A stretch of DNA of 64,000 bases, taken from the NCBI GenBank assembly GCA_045533335.1, contig JAZSHQ010000057.1:33573-97572 (forward strand), read 5' to 3'. This DNA is from Eubacteriales bacterium. Its GTDB lineage: Bacteria > Bacillota > Clostridia > Oscillospirales > CAG-382. A program made the translations under genes and the position numbers. This document shows positions 18,945 through 29,782 of the stretch, one piece after another (positions within the stretch are counted from its first letter, which is position 1; each line of letters opens with the position of its first letter). Below the pieces are notes generated by a model that was not told the origin of the DNA, made no database searches, and saw only the letters and a program-made list of their open reading frames with translations.

Positions 18945-19415
18945 TTAACGGAAAAGCTCTCTGGGCTGTTTGTTGCCGCTGTCGTCAGCAGGGGTTTCGT
19001 TCTGTTCGCCCGAAACGTCAACGTTCTTCGGGGTAACAACGTAGGTAGCGTTTGCAACCTTCTTTACCTGACCGTCGATAGCGAAAACGACGCCGCAAAG
19101 AAAGTCGATAATTCTCTTGGTGGTTTCCTTGTTGGTTTCTTCAAGGTTGAGTACGACGGTACGTCTTGCAAGAAGGTGTTCGCCGATGGTTTTGACTTCG
19201 TCAAAGCGTTCGGGCTTTACGACCTTCATTTCCAATGCCGCGCCGGACGAAATGCCGCCGGTGGGTCTGGAAGCCGCGGGAGCCGCCTTGGGCTGCTGTG
19301 CGGGAGCGGGAGCAACCTCTTCGTCTTCTTCGTCTTCGTATCCTTCGTACTGTTCGTTTTCGTCGAAATCCTCTTCAGTCTTAAAGAGATCGCCTATGCG
19401 GTTGATAAATCCCAT
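18945..19415 (-). CDS. sepF: cell division protein SepF
   Basis: Acidic/proline N-terminal region and a conserved C-terminal SepF domain (VVLNLE...IDFLCG). Confidence 0.88.
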   Translation of the reverse strand: MGFINRIGDLFKTEEDFDENEQYEGYEDEEDEEVAPAPAQQPKAAPAASRPTGGISSGAALEMKVVKPERFDEVKTIGEHLLARRTVVLNLEETNKETTKRIIDFLCGVVFAIDGQVKKVANATYVVTPKNVDVSGEQNETPADDSGNKQPRELFR

Positions 19416-19453
19416 TGTGTTTGCCTCCTGATATGTTATTAATATTATTTACG

Positions 19454-20137
19454 TTATTTTATTTGGTAGTCGCGTTTTCCGAATATCGCGCTTCCCACTC
19501 TTACCAACGTCGAGCCGCAATCCGCCGCGTCGGCATAGTCATCGCTCATACCGAGCGATAAAGTATCCATAATACTATTATCTACATTTCTGCCCGATAT
19601 GTCAATAAATATTTTCTTCATTTCGCAAAAATATTTTCGATTATCGCCTAAATTTACACTTTTTGGCGGAATTGCCATTAAACCGCGCAGTTTTATATGC
19701 GGCATAGCGGCGATATATTCGCAAAAAGCGGCGACCTGATCGGGTGCGATGCCCGATTTCGATTCCTCGTTACCGATATTTACCTCGACCAGCACGGGCA
19801 TAACTATTCCGTGCTTGCCCGCTTGGCGTTCTATTTCCTGCACAAGCGAAAGGCGGTCGACCGAGTGGATCATATCCACCTTATCGATAATATATTTTAC
19901 CTTGTTGGTCTGTAACGCGCCGATAAAATGTATTTCGGTGCGGTCGCGGTCGATAAATTCGTATTTTTCCAAAAGCTCGTTCACACGGTTTTCGCCGATA
20001 AGGTCTATTCCGCAGTCAAGCGCAAAATTTATCGTTTCGGGCGGAATCGTCTTGGTGGCGGCAAGCAATCTTGCCCTGCCGCGCAGTTCTGCTTTTATTT
20101 TGGCTATGTTTTCTGCTATCTGTTCGTTCGAGTTCAT
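19454..20137 (-). CDS. yggS: YggS-family pyridoxal phosphate homeostasis protein
   Basis: 227 aa with alanine racemase N-terminal-like fold motifs (LLAATKT, HFIGALQTNK). Confidence 0.9.
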   Translation of the reverse strand: MNSNEQIAENIAKIKAELRGRARLLAATKTIPPETINFALDCGIDLIGENRVNELLEKYEFIDRDRTEIHFIGALQTNKVKYIIDKVDMIHSVDRLSLVQEIERQAGKHGIVMPVLVEVNIGNEESKSGIAPDQVAAFCEYIAAMPHIKLRGLMAIPPKSVNLGDNRKYFCEMKKIFIDISGRNVDNSIMDTLSLGMSDDYADAADCGSTLVRVGSAIFGKRDYQIK

Positions 20138-20138
20138 T

Positions 20139-21500
20139 TTATTTCAGTCTCATTCCGTCGTAAATCTCGTCGCCGTCGGTAACCACCGAATCGTGCAGAG
20201 AAAGCTGTGTTTTAGAAGAATATGCAATATCGCGCCGATTGGGATAAGCGGGGTTTACGGGAATAGTGCATATCGAATAGCTTCCGTAGTTGTAAAGCAC
20301 GGTGGTCTTTTTAAAAACTATCTTCGAGCCGACTACCGTGTAAACACCGGTTTCGCCGTCCTTCATACGTATCGCGTTGCTGCTCACGCGGATTCCTTCG
20401 TGGGTGGCGGTAGGAAGTTCGACTGTCTGACAGCGCGAATAATCAAATCCTTCGGGCATAAGCTTTGTGCTGAACACCAGCACGGTCATATCCTTGTCAG
20501 TGCGGGTTATGCGCCTGTCAAGCGTCATATTCAGCTCGGTGTTGTTCGAATACTGAAAAACAATAGGGTAGCTTGTTCCGTCCTTAAAGGTTTCGGCGGT
20601 GCGCTTGTCTATCGCAACGGCGATATACCACGTCGAGGAAAGCACGATCTTTCCCGCCGAGCCGGATATTATGCTTTTGTCGGGAACAGAATCGGCAAGC
20701 TTTTCAAAGCCTTCGCCGGTAAGCGCCTCGAGCGCATCGACCGTAAAGCTGTTTTCGTAGCCGTCGACCGTCGAATAAAAATATCCGCTTTTCGGCGATT
20801 CGGTAATAAAGCTTGCGCCCGTAAGCTGTGCGGTAAGCGATTCGCGCTCGTGCGTTAGGCTCGAAAGCTCTGCCGCGTAGCTTTCCGACTGTATCAATGC
20901 CTGACGGCGATTCATAAGAATCAAAAGTTCTTCCTTTTCGCGCAGGACCTTATCGAAATCGTTGTTATCGACCTGACGTATTATCGAAAGCACAAGCTCG
21001 TCTATCTGCGAATCGAGCAGCTGTATATCGGTCGTCGACGCGCCGGTGGAAAGGCTCGAGCGTTCAAGAATATCGATTCTTTTGTCTATTTCGCTTATGC
21101 GGGACTGAATCTTAACGTCGTTCGGGTCGGAATAGGTTACCACTATTTCCTCGCCCTTTTTTACCTTTTCGCCCTCTTCGGCAAGAAAACAGTTGGTGCC
21201 CGACGCGCCCGCGGGGATAAGCAGTTCGTCGCGGAACAAAAACGCTTCAAGCTCGGCACGGTCGGTAATGGTTGCGTAGGTGGCGGTTTCTCGGTCGAGA
21301 TTAACGCTAACGTTAAGCATAAGCTGGAGGAAAACGTATGCAACCAGCGCGACAGCGATTATTGCCGTGCCGAACTGAGCAAGAAAACGCTTTAAAAGCT
21401 TAATATATTTATCGCTTTTCGGCTTTTTACTGCTTATTCTTCGCGTGGCGATTGCCGCGGGGCGTTGTCTTTCGGGCAGGTTTTTGCCTTCGTTGCTCAT
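20139..21500 (-). CDS. HlyD-like membrane-anchored coiled-coil protein
   Basis: One N-terminal TM helix, then a lipoyl-like segment, a coiled coil and a beta-barrel-like architecture. Adjacent to yggS. Confidence 0.55.
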   Translation of the reverse strand: MSNEGKNLPERQRPAAIATRRISSKKPKSDKYIKLLKRFLAQFGTAIIAVALVAYVFLQLMLNVSVNLDRETATYATITDRAELEAFLFRDELLIPAGASGTNCFLAEEGEKVKKGEEIVVTYSDPNDVKIQSRISEIDKRIDILERSSLSTGASTTDIQLLDSQIDELVLSIIRQVDNNDFDKVLREKEELLILMNRRQALIQSESYAAELSSLTHERESLTAQLTGASFITESPKSGYFYSTVDGYENSFTVDALEALTGEGFEKLADSVPDKSIISGSAGKIVLSSTWYIAVAIDKRTAETFKDGTSYPIVFQYSNNTELNMTLDRRITRTDKDMTVLVFSTKLMPEGFDYSRCQTVELPTATHEGIRVSSNAIRMKDGETGVYTVVGSKIVFKKTTVLYNYGSYSICTIPVNPAYPNRRDIAYSSKTQLSLHDSVVTDGDEIYDGMRLK

Positions 21501-21524
21501 ATTGCTTCCTCCTTTTTAAAAATT

Positions 21525-22403
21525 TTAAATATAAATAATTTCGTCTGCGGGCTTGCGGTTAAACCAAGTAAGCTGGCGCTTTGCGTAATGCCGCGTGTTC
21601 AGGCATATAGCCTCTTTTACGGCATTTATATCGCAAAGCCCTTCGAAATAGGGGTAAAATTCCTTATATCCTATCGCCTGCGACGCCGTGGGGGTGTCCT
21701 TCAGCCCCTTTTCGTAAAGCGATTTTACCTCGGCTTCGAGCCCTTTTTCGAACATAACGTCAACGCGTTTGTCGATGCGCTCGTATATCGTTTCGCGCTC
21801 CTTCGGCTGTATATAAACAACGTGGGGGGAATAAAGGCTTTCACCCTGCCTGCTTTCTTTGTCGAGCTCGGTTTTCGTTCTTCCCGTTTTGTAATATATC
21901 TCGAGCGCCCGCGCGACGCGCTTTATGTTGTTTTTGTGTATCGCACACGCCGATTCGGGGTCGACCTCCATAAGCCTTGCGTGCAAAGCCTCCGCGCCGT
22001 TTTCCTCGGCAAAGCGAAACAGCGATTCGCGCAGTATCGGGTCGTCCTCGGTGGCGGAAAGCACCGTTCCGCTTATAAGCGTATCGATATAAAGCCCCGT
22101 GCCCCCTGCGATAATCGGAAGCTTCCCGCGGGAACGGATTTCGGCGATCGCGACTGCCGCCGATTCAACAAACCTCGCCGCCGAAAACGGCTCGTCTATA
22201 TCGGCAATATCGATAAGGTGGTGCGGGATTCCGCACATTTCGGCGGTAGTGGGCTTTGCCGTGCCGATATCCATCCCGCGGTATATCTGCATCGAATCTC
22301 CGCTTATTATTTCGCCGCCGAGCTGTATTGCTTTTTCGATAGCGTAAGCGCTTTTGCCGCTCGCGGTCGGGCCGACAACGACAAGCACGGGAATTCCCGA
22401 CAT
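21525..22403 (-). CDS. miaA: tRNA dimethylallyltransferase
   Basis: P-loop GPTASGKS and DSMQIYRGMDIGTAKP. Confidence 0.95.
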   Translation of the reverse strand: MSGIPVLVVVGPTASGKSAYAIEKAIQLGGEIISGDSMQIYRGMDIGTAKPTTAEMCGIPHHLIDIADIDEPFSAARFVESAAVAIAEIRSRGKLPIIAGGTGLYIDTLISGTVLSATEDDPILRESLFRFAEENGAEALHARLMEVDPESACAIHKNNIKRVARALEIYYKTGRTKTELDKESRQGESLYSPHVVYIQPKERETIYERIDKRVDVMFEKGLEAEVKSLYEKGLKDTPTASQAIGYKEFYPYFEGLCDINAVKEAICLNTRHYAKRQLTWFNRKPADEIIYI

Positions 22404-22510
22404 AACTGCCTCTCATCAAAGTATTTCTTCACTCATTATATCTTAACATAAATACCACTAAAGTCAATGATTTTTGTTAAAATAAATCGAATTCGACTAC
22501 ATTAATAAAT

Positions 22511-22534
22511 AAAAACCCCCGAGAAGGGGTTTTT
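22511..22534. terminator. symmetric terminator-like hairpin inside a divergent intergenic region
   Basis: AAAAACCCC-cgagaa-GGGGTTTTT, between the miaA start and the MBL hydrolase promoter. Confidence 0.5.
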
Positions 22535-22598
22535 GCTATTTACTTTTGCTTTTTGTGAGTGTATAATTATTTTAACAATACTCGAAAGGAAATACAAT

Positions 22599-23225
22599 AT
22601 GAAAGATATGATCGTAACAAGGGTTGAAGTCGGTATGCTGAATACCAACTGCTATATTTTGAAAAATGCCGACACGCGCGATGCAATAGTTATCGATCCC
22701 GGCTCGGACCTTACCGTTATACAGGATGCACTTCACCGCGCCGATGCGGTTTGCCGCCTTATTTTGCTGACCCACGGTCATTTCGACCATATTCTCGCGG
22801 TGGGCGATCTGCGCGGCATAAACGTGCCGGTTGCGATTCACGAAGCAGATGCAAATATGCTTACCGAGCGCGATATGTTCAGCGCGATAATTCCTTACGA
22901 CCCCCGCCCCTTCGAGCCTGCCGAATTCACCTTTTCGAAGGAGGGCGAATATTCGGTTGCGGGCTTTGATTTTTACGTTATTCCCACCCCCGGTCACACA
23001 AAGGGAAGCGTTTGCTACGTGTTCGACGGTATGATGTTTACCGGCGATACGCTGTTCAAAAACAGTATCGGCAGGACCGACCTCGGCGGTGACGAGGCGC
23101 AAATGATGCGCTCGCTCCGCAATCTCCGCAACCTCCCCGGCGATTACGATATTTACCCCGGCCACGATGCCCCCACGACACTTGACGACGAAAGAAGATA
23201 TAACCAATATTTGAGGAACGCGTGA
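22599..23225 (+). CDS. MBL-fold metallo-hydrolase
   Basis: THGHFDH motif. ATG at 22599 after AAAGGA. Promoter TTTACT-17-TATAAT at 22539-22567. Confidence 0.85.
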   Translation: MKDMIVTRVEVGMLNTNCYILKNADTRDAIVIDPGSDLTVIQDALHRADAVCRLILLTHGHFDHILAVGDLRGINVPVAIHEADANMLTERDMFSAIIPYDPRPFEPAEFTFSKEGEYSVAGFDFYVIPTPGHTKGSVCYVFDGMMFTGDTLFKNSIGRTDLGGDEAQMMRSLRNLRNLPGDYDIYPGHDAPTTLDDERRYNQYLRNA

Positions 23226-23235
23226 GGAGGAAAAG

Positions 23236-24519
23236 ATGAAATTCGGCAAAAGCCTGTTGTTCCTGATAATTGCGTTGCTTGTAAGCTTAAATTTGGTGTC
23301 TTGCACGTTTTTTAGCGGCGATGACGCCGAATCTCAAACGGCTTCCGAGGCGTCTTTCGAAAGCGCGTCGGAGTCTGCGGAATCTGTTGCTTCGGAGGCG
23401 TCCGAAGAGGAGCTTTGGACGGGGATTTACGTGATTTTCCGCGAGGGAAGAGCAGTAGCGGGTGTTCCCTCCGGCTCTGTCATAGAAGACGCCACAAAAT
23501 ACAAGGATTACGTATCCGAAAATGCAAAATACAACACCTATACTTATTTTTCGAAATTGAGCGAAAAAGAACAGTGGATATATCGAATATACGAATACGC
23601 GTTCGATAACAATTATTCGAACATCTGGTTTGACGAAAAGCTGCTTGAGGGGCTCGAGATAAATTACGCGCAAATAATCTATTTGCTGTCGTTGGATTCT
23701 CCGCTGGTCGAACAGAATATGGATCTGTCGGCGTTGCCGTTTACTACTGCACTTAAAGACGATAACGGAGATTACGTTCGCGATCTCAGCGGAACGCTCG
23801 TGTACGTAAGCACGTTTTTCGAGAATAAAAAAGAAAACAAGACAGAGGCGCTCGAAAAAGCACAAACCGTTGTCGATTCTTTGCCCGAGGGGCTTTCCGA
23901 TTTGGAAAAAGCAAGGTATTTTTACGAATATCTCGGAAAGAACGTTGAATATTACGAATACGGTCGATACGAAACGTCGTACTATTTGTACGATGCCTTG
24001 TGTAAGGGCGCATCAAACTGTGACGGATATGCAAACGCGTTTTCGACACTTTGTAATATGGCGGGTGTAGATTGCATCGAAAAGATACACTTTGCGGACG
24101 AGGATGAAGTGGCGGGACATACTTGGAATGCCATTCGCATCGACGGTGTATGGTATAACGTCGACGCCGTTGCATCGGACGAGGTTAGCGATGCAAAAAC
24201 GCCGATTTGGTTTCACTTCGGCTTTTCGGACGAGCGCTCCAACTACACGTACGAGTATGAAACGATGACCCCCGAATGTAAAGACAGCTTGGACGAAATC
24301 GATTGCGTTTACGAGAAAGGCAAGGAAAACGAATTTATAACCGACGTTATGGACGTGCTTCTTGATTCGGGGCGCGATTACGTCTTGGTATACTCCGAAG
24401 AAAAATTGGAATTGTCGGATTACGTTCTTAATTTCTTGATGTTGACGTCGGGAAGGTCGTACGGATACAGCGGTATGATGTTAGGCGACGGTTATTATTA
24501 CGTTTTTTATTTCGAATAA
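23236..24519 (+). CDS. transglutaminase-like cysteine peptidase domain lipoprotein
   Basis: Lipobox NLVSC. Cys-His-Asp core (NCDGYANAF...GHTWNAI...NVDA). Confidence 0.7.
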   Translation: MKFGKSLLFLIIALLVSLNLVSCTFFSGDDAESQTASEASFESASESAESVASEASEEELWTGIYVIFREGRAVAGVPSGSVIEDATKYKDYVSENAKYNTYTYFSKLSEKEQWIYRIYEYAFDNNYSNIWFDEKLLEGLEINYAQIIYLLSLDSPLVEQNMDLSALPFTTALKDDNGDYVRDLSGTLVYVSTFFENKKENKTEALEKAQTVVDSLPEGLSDLEKARYFYEYLGKNVEYYEYGRYETSYYLYDALCKGASNCDGYANAFSTLCNMAGVDCIEKIHFADEDEVAGHTWNAIRIDGVWYNVDAVASDEVSDAKTPIWFHFGFSDERSNYTYEYETMTPECKDSLDEIDCVYEKGKENEFITDVMDVLLDSGRDYVLVYSEEKLELSDYVLNFLMLTSGRSYGYSGMMLGDGYYYVFYFE

Positions 24520-24544
24520 CAGCGTTAATTATAGGAGAACTACA

Positions 24545-26275
24545 ATGAAAACAACATACGGCGCCGCGCCCGAAGGCTTTAAGCTTATTTGGGGCGATAA
24601 GGCAAGATTCAATAAAAATTCGGTCGAGGCGATGCCCAAGCAAATAAAGCTTGCTTCGGGCAGGAACGATACGGCGGCTTTTCAGGTCGTGATAACGGCG
24701 GACGAGCTGTTCGCGCTCAACCTTTCAAAGCAGCCTTGGTTTTCGCAGGATGCAAGGCGTAAAAATTTGCGTGTCGAATGCGATTTTCCCTTTGAATGCG
24801 AGCTTTTCCATATCGGGATGCACCTTTGCGACGACGCGTTTTACCGTGCCGATTCGTTGCAGACGAAAAGCGTTGCCGAAGCCGATGCCGATGATATTCT
24901 TTCGGTCTACTGCGAAGTAAAAATACCGAAGGAAGCAAAAAAGGGAAGCTTTAGCGGCAAAATAAAAATTTACGAAAGCTACGGCTTTTCCGATGAGGCT
25001 TTTGTCGGCGAAATAGGCGTGGAGCTTGATATTTACGGCTTTGTTTTCCCCGAAAATAAAGATAACGGCTTTCATCTCGACCTCTGGCAGCACCCCTCGA
25101 ACATCGCGCGGCAGCACCGCGTTCCGCTTTGGAGCGACCGCCATTTCGAAATATTGCGCAATTATTGCGTATCGCTCGGCGAAGCGGGCGTGAAATGCGT
25201 TACCGTTATCGCTTCGGAAATTCCGTGGAACGGTCAGGGCTGTCAGAACGAGCAAAGATACAGCGCAAACCTTTTTGAATATTCGATGATTCCTTGCAAA
25301 CGCAAAGCCGACGGAAGCCTTGAATGCGATTACTCGGTAATGCAGAGATATATCGACCTCTGCGCCGAATACGGAATCGACGAATGCATTTCGGTTTACG
25401 GCTTGGTAAACGTTTGGGACACCAAGGAATACGGCGCAACACGCACCGCGCCCGATTACCCCGACGGCGTGCATATACGCGTGTTTGACGAAGCAAGCGG
25501 GGTTTACGGCTATCTTCGCACCGCGCGTGAGGTGGATGATTACATTCGTTCGCTCGAGGCGTATTTTATAAAAACAAACCAAATAGACCGCGTGCGTATC
25601 GCGGCGGACGAGCCCGCGGATATCGAAGCCTATCGCAAGAGCTTGGAGCACATAAAGGCTGTCGCACCGAGCTTTAAATACAAAACGGCGATAAACCACG
25701 CCGAATTCGTAAACGAGTTCGGGCGCGATATTTACGATTTTGCGCCCTATATTTCGGCGATGTACAGCGAATACGACGCCTTGATGAAATTCAAGGCCGA
25801 AATGCCCGAAAAGCGTTTTCTTTACTACGTTTGCTGCTGTCCCGAAATACCGAACAGCTTCCTTCGAAGCGAGCTTGTCGACGGTTACTATATCGGCATT
25901 CTCGCGGCGTTTGCGAAAATGGACGGATTTTTGCGCTGGAGCTATACCTGCTGGACCGACGACCCCAACAGCGATATGCGTTACGGGCCGTTCCCCGTGG
26001 GCGACCTCGGCTACGTTTATCCCTCGCCCGACGGATACCCGATAAGCACCCTGCGTTTAAAGACGCTTATACGCGGCATACGCTATTTCGTGCTGCTTAA
26101 GGAGGCAGAAAAACGAAACCTTGCCGAAGTGCTCGACAAGGCGTATTCGCTGGTACTCCGCGAGCGCGAGATAAGCAAGCTTTATTCAAATTGGGAAAGG
26201 GAAAAGATAATGAGTCTTTCCTGCGACGATTACCGTGAATTTTCGGCATTACTTATGTCGGCTTTGGAGGATTGA
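24545..26275 (+). CDS. DUF4091-like glycoside-hydrolase-like protein (no signal peptide)
   Basis: The length and the C-terminal GFLRWSYTCW-type segment are reminiscent of DUF4091. Assignment from memory only. Confidence 0.5.
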   Translation: MKTTYGAAPEGFKLIWGDKARFNKNSVEAMPKQIKLASGRNDTAAFQVVITADELFALNLSKQPWFSQDARRKNLRVECDFPFECELFHIGMHLCDDAFYRADSLQTKSVAEADADDILSVYCEVKIPKEAKKGSFSGKIKIYESYGFSDEAFVGEIGVELDIYGFVFPENKDNGFHLDLWQHPSNIARQHRVPLWSDRHFEILRNYCVSLGEAGVKCVTVIASEIPWNGQGCQNEQRYSANLFEYSMIPCKRKADGSLECDYSVMQRYIDLCAEYGIDECISVYGLVNVWDTKEYGATRTAPDYPDGVHIRVFDEASGVYGYLRTAREVDDYIRSLEAYFIKTNQIDRVRIAADEPADIEAYRKSLEHIKAVAPSFKYKTAINHAEFVNEFGRDIYDFAPYISAMYSEYDALMKFKAEMPEKRFLYYVCCCPEIPNSFLRSELVDGYYIGILAAFAKMDGFLRWSYTCWTDDPNSDMRYGPFPVGDLGYVYPSPDGYPISTLRLKTLIRGIRYFVLLKEAEKRNLAEVLDKAYSLVLREREISKLYSNWEREKIMSLSCDDYREFSALLMSALED

Positions 26276-26278
26276 AAA

Positions 26279-26797
26279 ATGAACGAAACCATTAAAACAC
26301 TTACCGAACGCAGAAGTATAAGAAGCTTTGGCACAAAGCAGGTCGCGCGCGCGGATATCGAAAAAATACTTCAAGCGGGTCTTTACGCCCCCACGGGTCG
26401 CAACACCCGCGATACGCTTTTCCTTGTTGTAACGAACAAGGAGCTTCGCGACAGACTTTCTGAAATGAACGCCGCGGTTATGGGAAGCGACAACGACCCC
26501 TTTTACGGCGCGGGAACGGTTATCGTCGTTTTTGCCGACAGAAACCGCACCACTACGGTCGAGGACGGCTCCTGCGCGATGGCAAACCTTATGAACGCCG
26601 CGTTTTCGCTCGGTATAGATTCCTGCTGGATTCACCGCGCAAGAGAGGTTTTCGAATCCGAAGAGGGAAGAGAAATTGCGCGTTCCTTCGGTATTCCCGA
26701 CGAATATATCGGCATAGGCAACTGCATACTCGGCTACCGCGATTGCGAGCTTCCCGAGCCGCTTCCGAGAACACAGCCGATTATATTTGCCGAATAG
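26279..26797 (+). CDS. nitroreductase family protein
   Basis: N-terminus TLTERRSIRSF and a 172-aa length. Confidence 0.85.
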   Translation: MNETIKTLTERRSIRSFGTKQVARADIEKILQAGLYAPTGRNTRDTLFLVVTNKELRDRLSEMNAAVMGSDNDPFYGAGTVIVVFADRNRTTTVEDGSCAMANLMNAAFSLGIDSCWIHRAREVFESEEGREIARSFGIPDEYIGIGNCILGYRDCELPEPLPRTQPIIFAE

Positions 26798-26810
26798 AGA
26801 GGGAAAAATT

Positions 26811-29519
26811 ATGAAAAAATCGACGGCGAAGCGCATTTTTGCGGCCTTCTGCACGGCGGTTATGCTTGTTCCGATGCTCGCTTCCTGCAATAACGAAGGC
26901 GAAGCCTCCTCGCAGGCATTAGAGGAATCGGTTTCCGAGCAGGACGTAATTACCCTAAGCATCGAGGGCAGGGAATATACGCTTAGAGATAAATTTAATT
27001 CCGAGCTTACCGAAGACGGCGTTTACGTTTATACCCGCGAATGCGGCAAGCCTGCGATGCCCAAAAACGGCGCCGACGACAAACACTTTTTCGATATCGC
27101 CGTGCTCGACGGTATCGTTGTGGAGGTCGGCGACAGCGGCTCGACCGCGGTTATACCCGAGGACGGCTACGTTGTCCGTTTCCGCGGGGTCGAGGATGTC
27201 GCCGTGAATATCGGCGATAAGGTCGATTGCGCCGGTCTTAACCCCAAGGTGTATCCCGAAAGCTACGTTAAATTCGGCGACGTATATGTCGAGGTCGGAT
27301 ATAAAAACACTGTTCGGACCGCAGAGGATACGGGCTGGCTTTACGATGAAAATTGGTACACCGGCAACACCGAAAGCAATATTTATTGCACCGAAATTGC
27401 GATATGCGACGGAAAAATCGTCGAAATAAACCGTTCGCGCGATGAAACTGCGGGTATCGCGATCCCCAAGGGCGGATACGTGCTCACCGTCGGCGAAAAC
27501 AGCGTTAACGAGCGTAAAACGAACAAGCTGCGCGTCGGCGACGAGGCGGTGCTTGTTGAGAGCGAAAAGCTTTATACCTCGAAGCGCTTTAATATTGCAG
27601 GGAGCGATACCGACCGTGCGAACGACGGAATAGTGCTGTTCACCTCCGAAAAGCGCGATACCACTCCTGTCGGAAACAATTTAACCGAGCTTGCGGTTAA
27701 CTCCGACGGCAGAATTACCGCAATATACGAAAACTGCTCGGGAATGAACAAGGTACCCAAGGGCGGATTCGTGGTTTCTGCAACCGGCTTGACCGCACAA
27801 ACGCTTGCGCGCACCGCGGTTAAGGAAGCGCTGGTGATAAAAAACGGGCCGCGCAATATTCGCATAGTTACCACCCCGATGACCGAGCTTTCGCGCTTGA
27901 TGCAGGAGCGCGACGCGATTTTAGACAGCTACAAATCGGCGGTCGAGAAATTGGAGCGTATCGATTTCGAAGCGGTTGCGGAGATTATTTCCGAAATGTC
28001 GGGAAATATAAGCAGGGCCGAAGCGACGCTCGGAATTTCCGACAGCGAAGGCTATTGCGGTTATGACGGCGTTTTGCTTGCCGAAGCGGTTAATGCGCTT
28101 ACCGGTCTTGCAAAAATGGGCAAAACCGAGCTTGTTCCATATATTACCGTGCAGGACAGAATGGCTTGGGTAACGATAGGCGAATATGATTACAGCAAAA
28201 ACGTGGTGCTTCACTATACCAACCAGAACGACGTTGACCATACGGTTAAGTATGCGAAGCATTGCGGGCTCAATACGCTTATAATCGATAACCACGTCGC
28301 AGGCTTTGCGGTATATAACAGCGAGGTCGAGGGCTTTGTGACATATCGTGATTACAAGAACTTCGATATTATCGCCGCGTTTAAACAGGCGTGCGATGCC
28401 GAAGGTATAAGGCTTATAGTGATGGTAAACGCATTTTCGAGCGGGCTCGAGGGTGTGGCGTATCCCGAAAATCACTATATGAGCATATATAAGGACAGAT
28501 ATCTTCTCACAAACAAGGGAAGAGTTGCGGGCCCCGACGGAGTTATAACGCTCGACCCCGCAGATAAGGACGTTCAGGCGTTCAACCTTGCGATAGTAAC
28601 TGAAATTGCCGAAAAATACGATGTTTTCGGTGTTCAGGCAGACTATATGCGCTATCCGCTCCCTTATTATTATCAGGCGCACAATTACGAGGATTTCGGC
28701 TATAACGAAAGCTCGGTATCGGGCTTTATAAAGAAATACGGTAAGGACCCCGCCAAGCTGAAGATAACCGATCCGCTTTGGGAAAAGTGGTGCGCTTGGC
28801 GCAGAGATATTATTTCCGATTATCAAAAGCAATTTTACCAAACAGTAAAGGCGATAAACCCGAATCTTCACGTTAGCTTTACCTGCTTTGCCGATTACCG
28901 CGACAGGCAGATATACGTTTATCAGGACGTTGAAAAGTGGGCGGAAAACGGCTATGCCGATGCGATTTTCCCGATGATATACGGCGATACTACCGAATAT
29001 CAGCAAAAATACGCCGAGGAAATACTTCCCGTTACTGAGCATACACAGCTTGTTTTGGGTGTGGGTACCTATGTCAGAGCGACGCATAAATCTATCGAAG
29101 AGCAGCTTATAATGCCCTATTCGCTTTGCGCGGAGGGTGTTTCGGTGTTCACACTGCGCTATATAAATACCTGCGGCTACGGCGAAACCTTCCGTAATGC
29201 GTTCCGCGTTGAAGCAACCCCCGCCTCTGCCGACGGTGCCGAGCTTGTTTCGGCAAGCGCGGAAATGATTTCACAGCGTATAAGCTCGCTTTTGTATGCG
29301 GCAAGGTTTTCGGGCGGGCTCGAGGAAGCCGAAGGCGAAGCGCTTAAATCGCTTGCCAAAAGGGTAAGCGACGCTTCCGAAAACGCCGAAAGCTTCGAAG
29401 CCTTCTGCGCAGAGCTTTCTTTGCTGCGCGCAAGCGTCGAATCGGGCGAAATTTCGGTCCCCGAAGCGGTAAAGGACGCGCTTATACGCGAATTCGATTA
29501 TATAATCGGGCTTGAATAA
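26811..29519 (+). CDS. large lipoprotein with GHL10/DUF187-like glycosyl hydrolase-like domain
   Basis: Lipobox LASC. TIM-barrel-like segment with GVQADYMRYP. ATG at 26811 after AGAGAGGGA. Confidence 0.6.
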   Translation: MKKSTAKRIFAAFCTAVMLVPMLASCNNEGEASSQALEESVSEQDVITLSIEGREYTLRDKFNSELTEDGVYVYTRECGKPAMPKNGADDKHFFDIAVLDGIVVEVGDSGSTAVIPEDGYVVRFRGVEDVAVNIGDKVDCAGLNPKVYPESYVKFGDVYVEVGYKNTVRTAEDTGWLYDENWYTGNTESNIYCTEIAICDGKIVEINRSRDETAGIAIPKGGYVLTVGENSVNERKTNKLRVGDEAVLVESEKLYTSKRFNIAGSDTDRANDGIVLFTSEKRDTTPVGNNLTELAVNSDGRITAIYENCSGMNKVPKGGFVVSATGLTAQTLARTAVKEALVIKNGPRNIRIVTTPMTELSRLMQERDAILDSYKSAVEKLERIDFEAVAEIISEMSGNISRAEATLGISDSEGYCGYDGVLLAEAVNALTGLAKMGKTELVPYITVQDRMAWVTIGEYDYSKNVVLHYTNQNDVDHTVKYAKHCGLNTLIIDNHVAGFAVYNSEVEGFVTYRDYKNFDIIAAFKQACDAEGIRLIVMVNAFSSGLEGVAYPENHYMSIYKDRYLLTNKGRVAGPDGVITLDPADKDVQAFNLAIVTEIAEKYDVFGVQADYMRYPLPYYYQAHNYEDFGYNESSVSGFIKKYGKDPAKLKITDPLWEKWCAWRRDIISDYQKQFYQTVKAINPNLHVSFTCFADYRDRQIYVYQDVEKWAENGYADAIFPMIYGDTTEYQQKYAEEILPVTEHTQLVLGVGTYVRATHKSIEEQLIMPYSLCAEGVSVFTLRYINTCGYGETFRNAFRVEATPASADGAELVSASAEMISQRISSLLYAARFSGGLEEAEGEALKSLAKRVSDASENAESFEAFCAELSLLRASVESGEISVPEAVKDALIREFDYIIGLE

Positions 29520-29572
29520 AAAATGCGCAATTCGCGATTGCAATTCCAAAATTATATACGCGTAATTAACAT

Positions 29573-29603
29573 AAAAAGGAGAAGCCTCGTACTTCTCCTT
29601 TTT
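29573..29603 (+). terminator. intrinsic terminator, first copy of a near-identical pair
   Basis: AAAAAGGAGAAG-cctcgta-CTTCTCCTTTTT. Confidence 0.75.
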
Positions 29604-29782
29604 GAGTATTTTAGGGCTTTTCGGTTTGATTATTTACAATTTATTAACAAACTCAAATCAGAAAGAATGTATAATATGTTTAGAAATGAATGTTTTCGCG
29701 ATAAATATTTGTTGATTTTGCCCACAGCTTCGCGGGCGGGGCGAGAAAATTATCGAGGCAAGTACAAAAAGGAGGATGCAGA

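Noticed and set aside
29578-29598. The terminator stem GGAGAAG/CTTCTCC is identical to the tRNA-Ser acceptor stem.
   Set aside because: This is a 7-nt match only, with no other tRNA-like features around either terminator copy. It is most likely coincidence.
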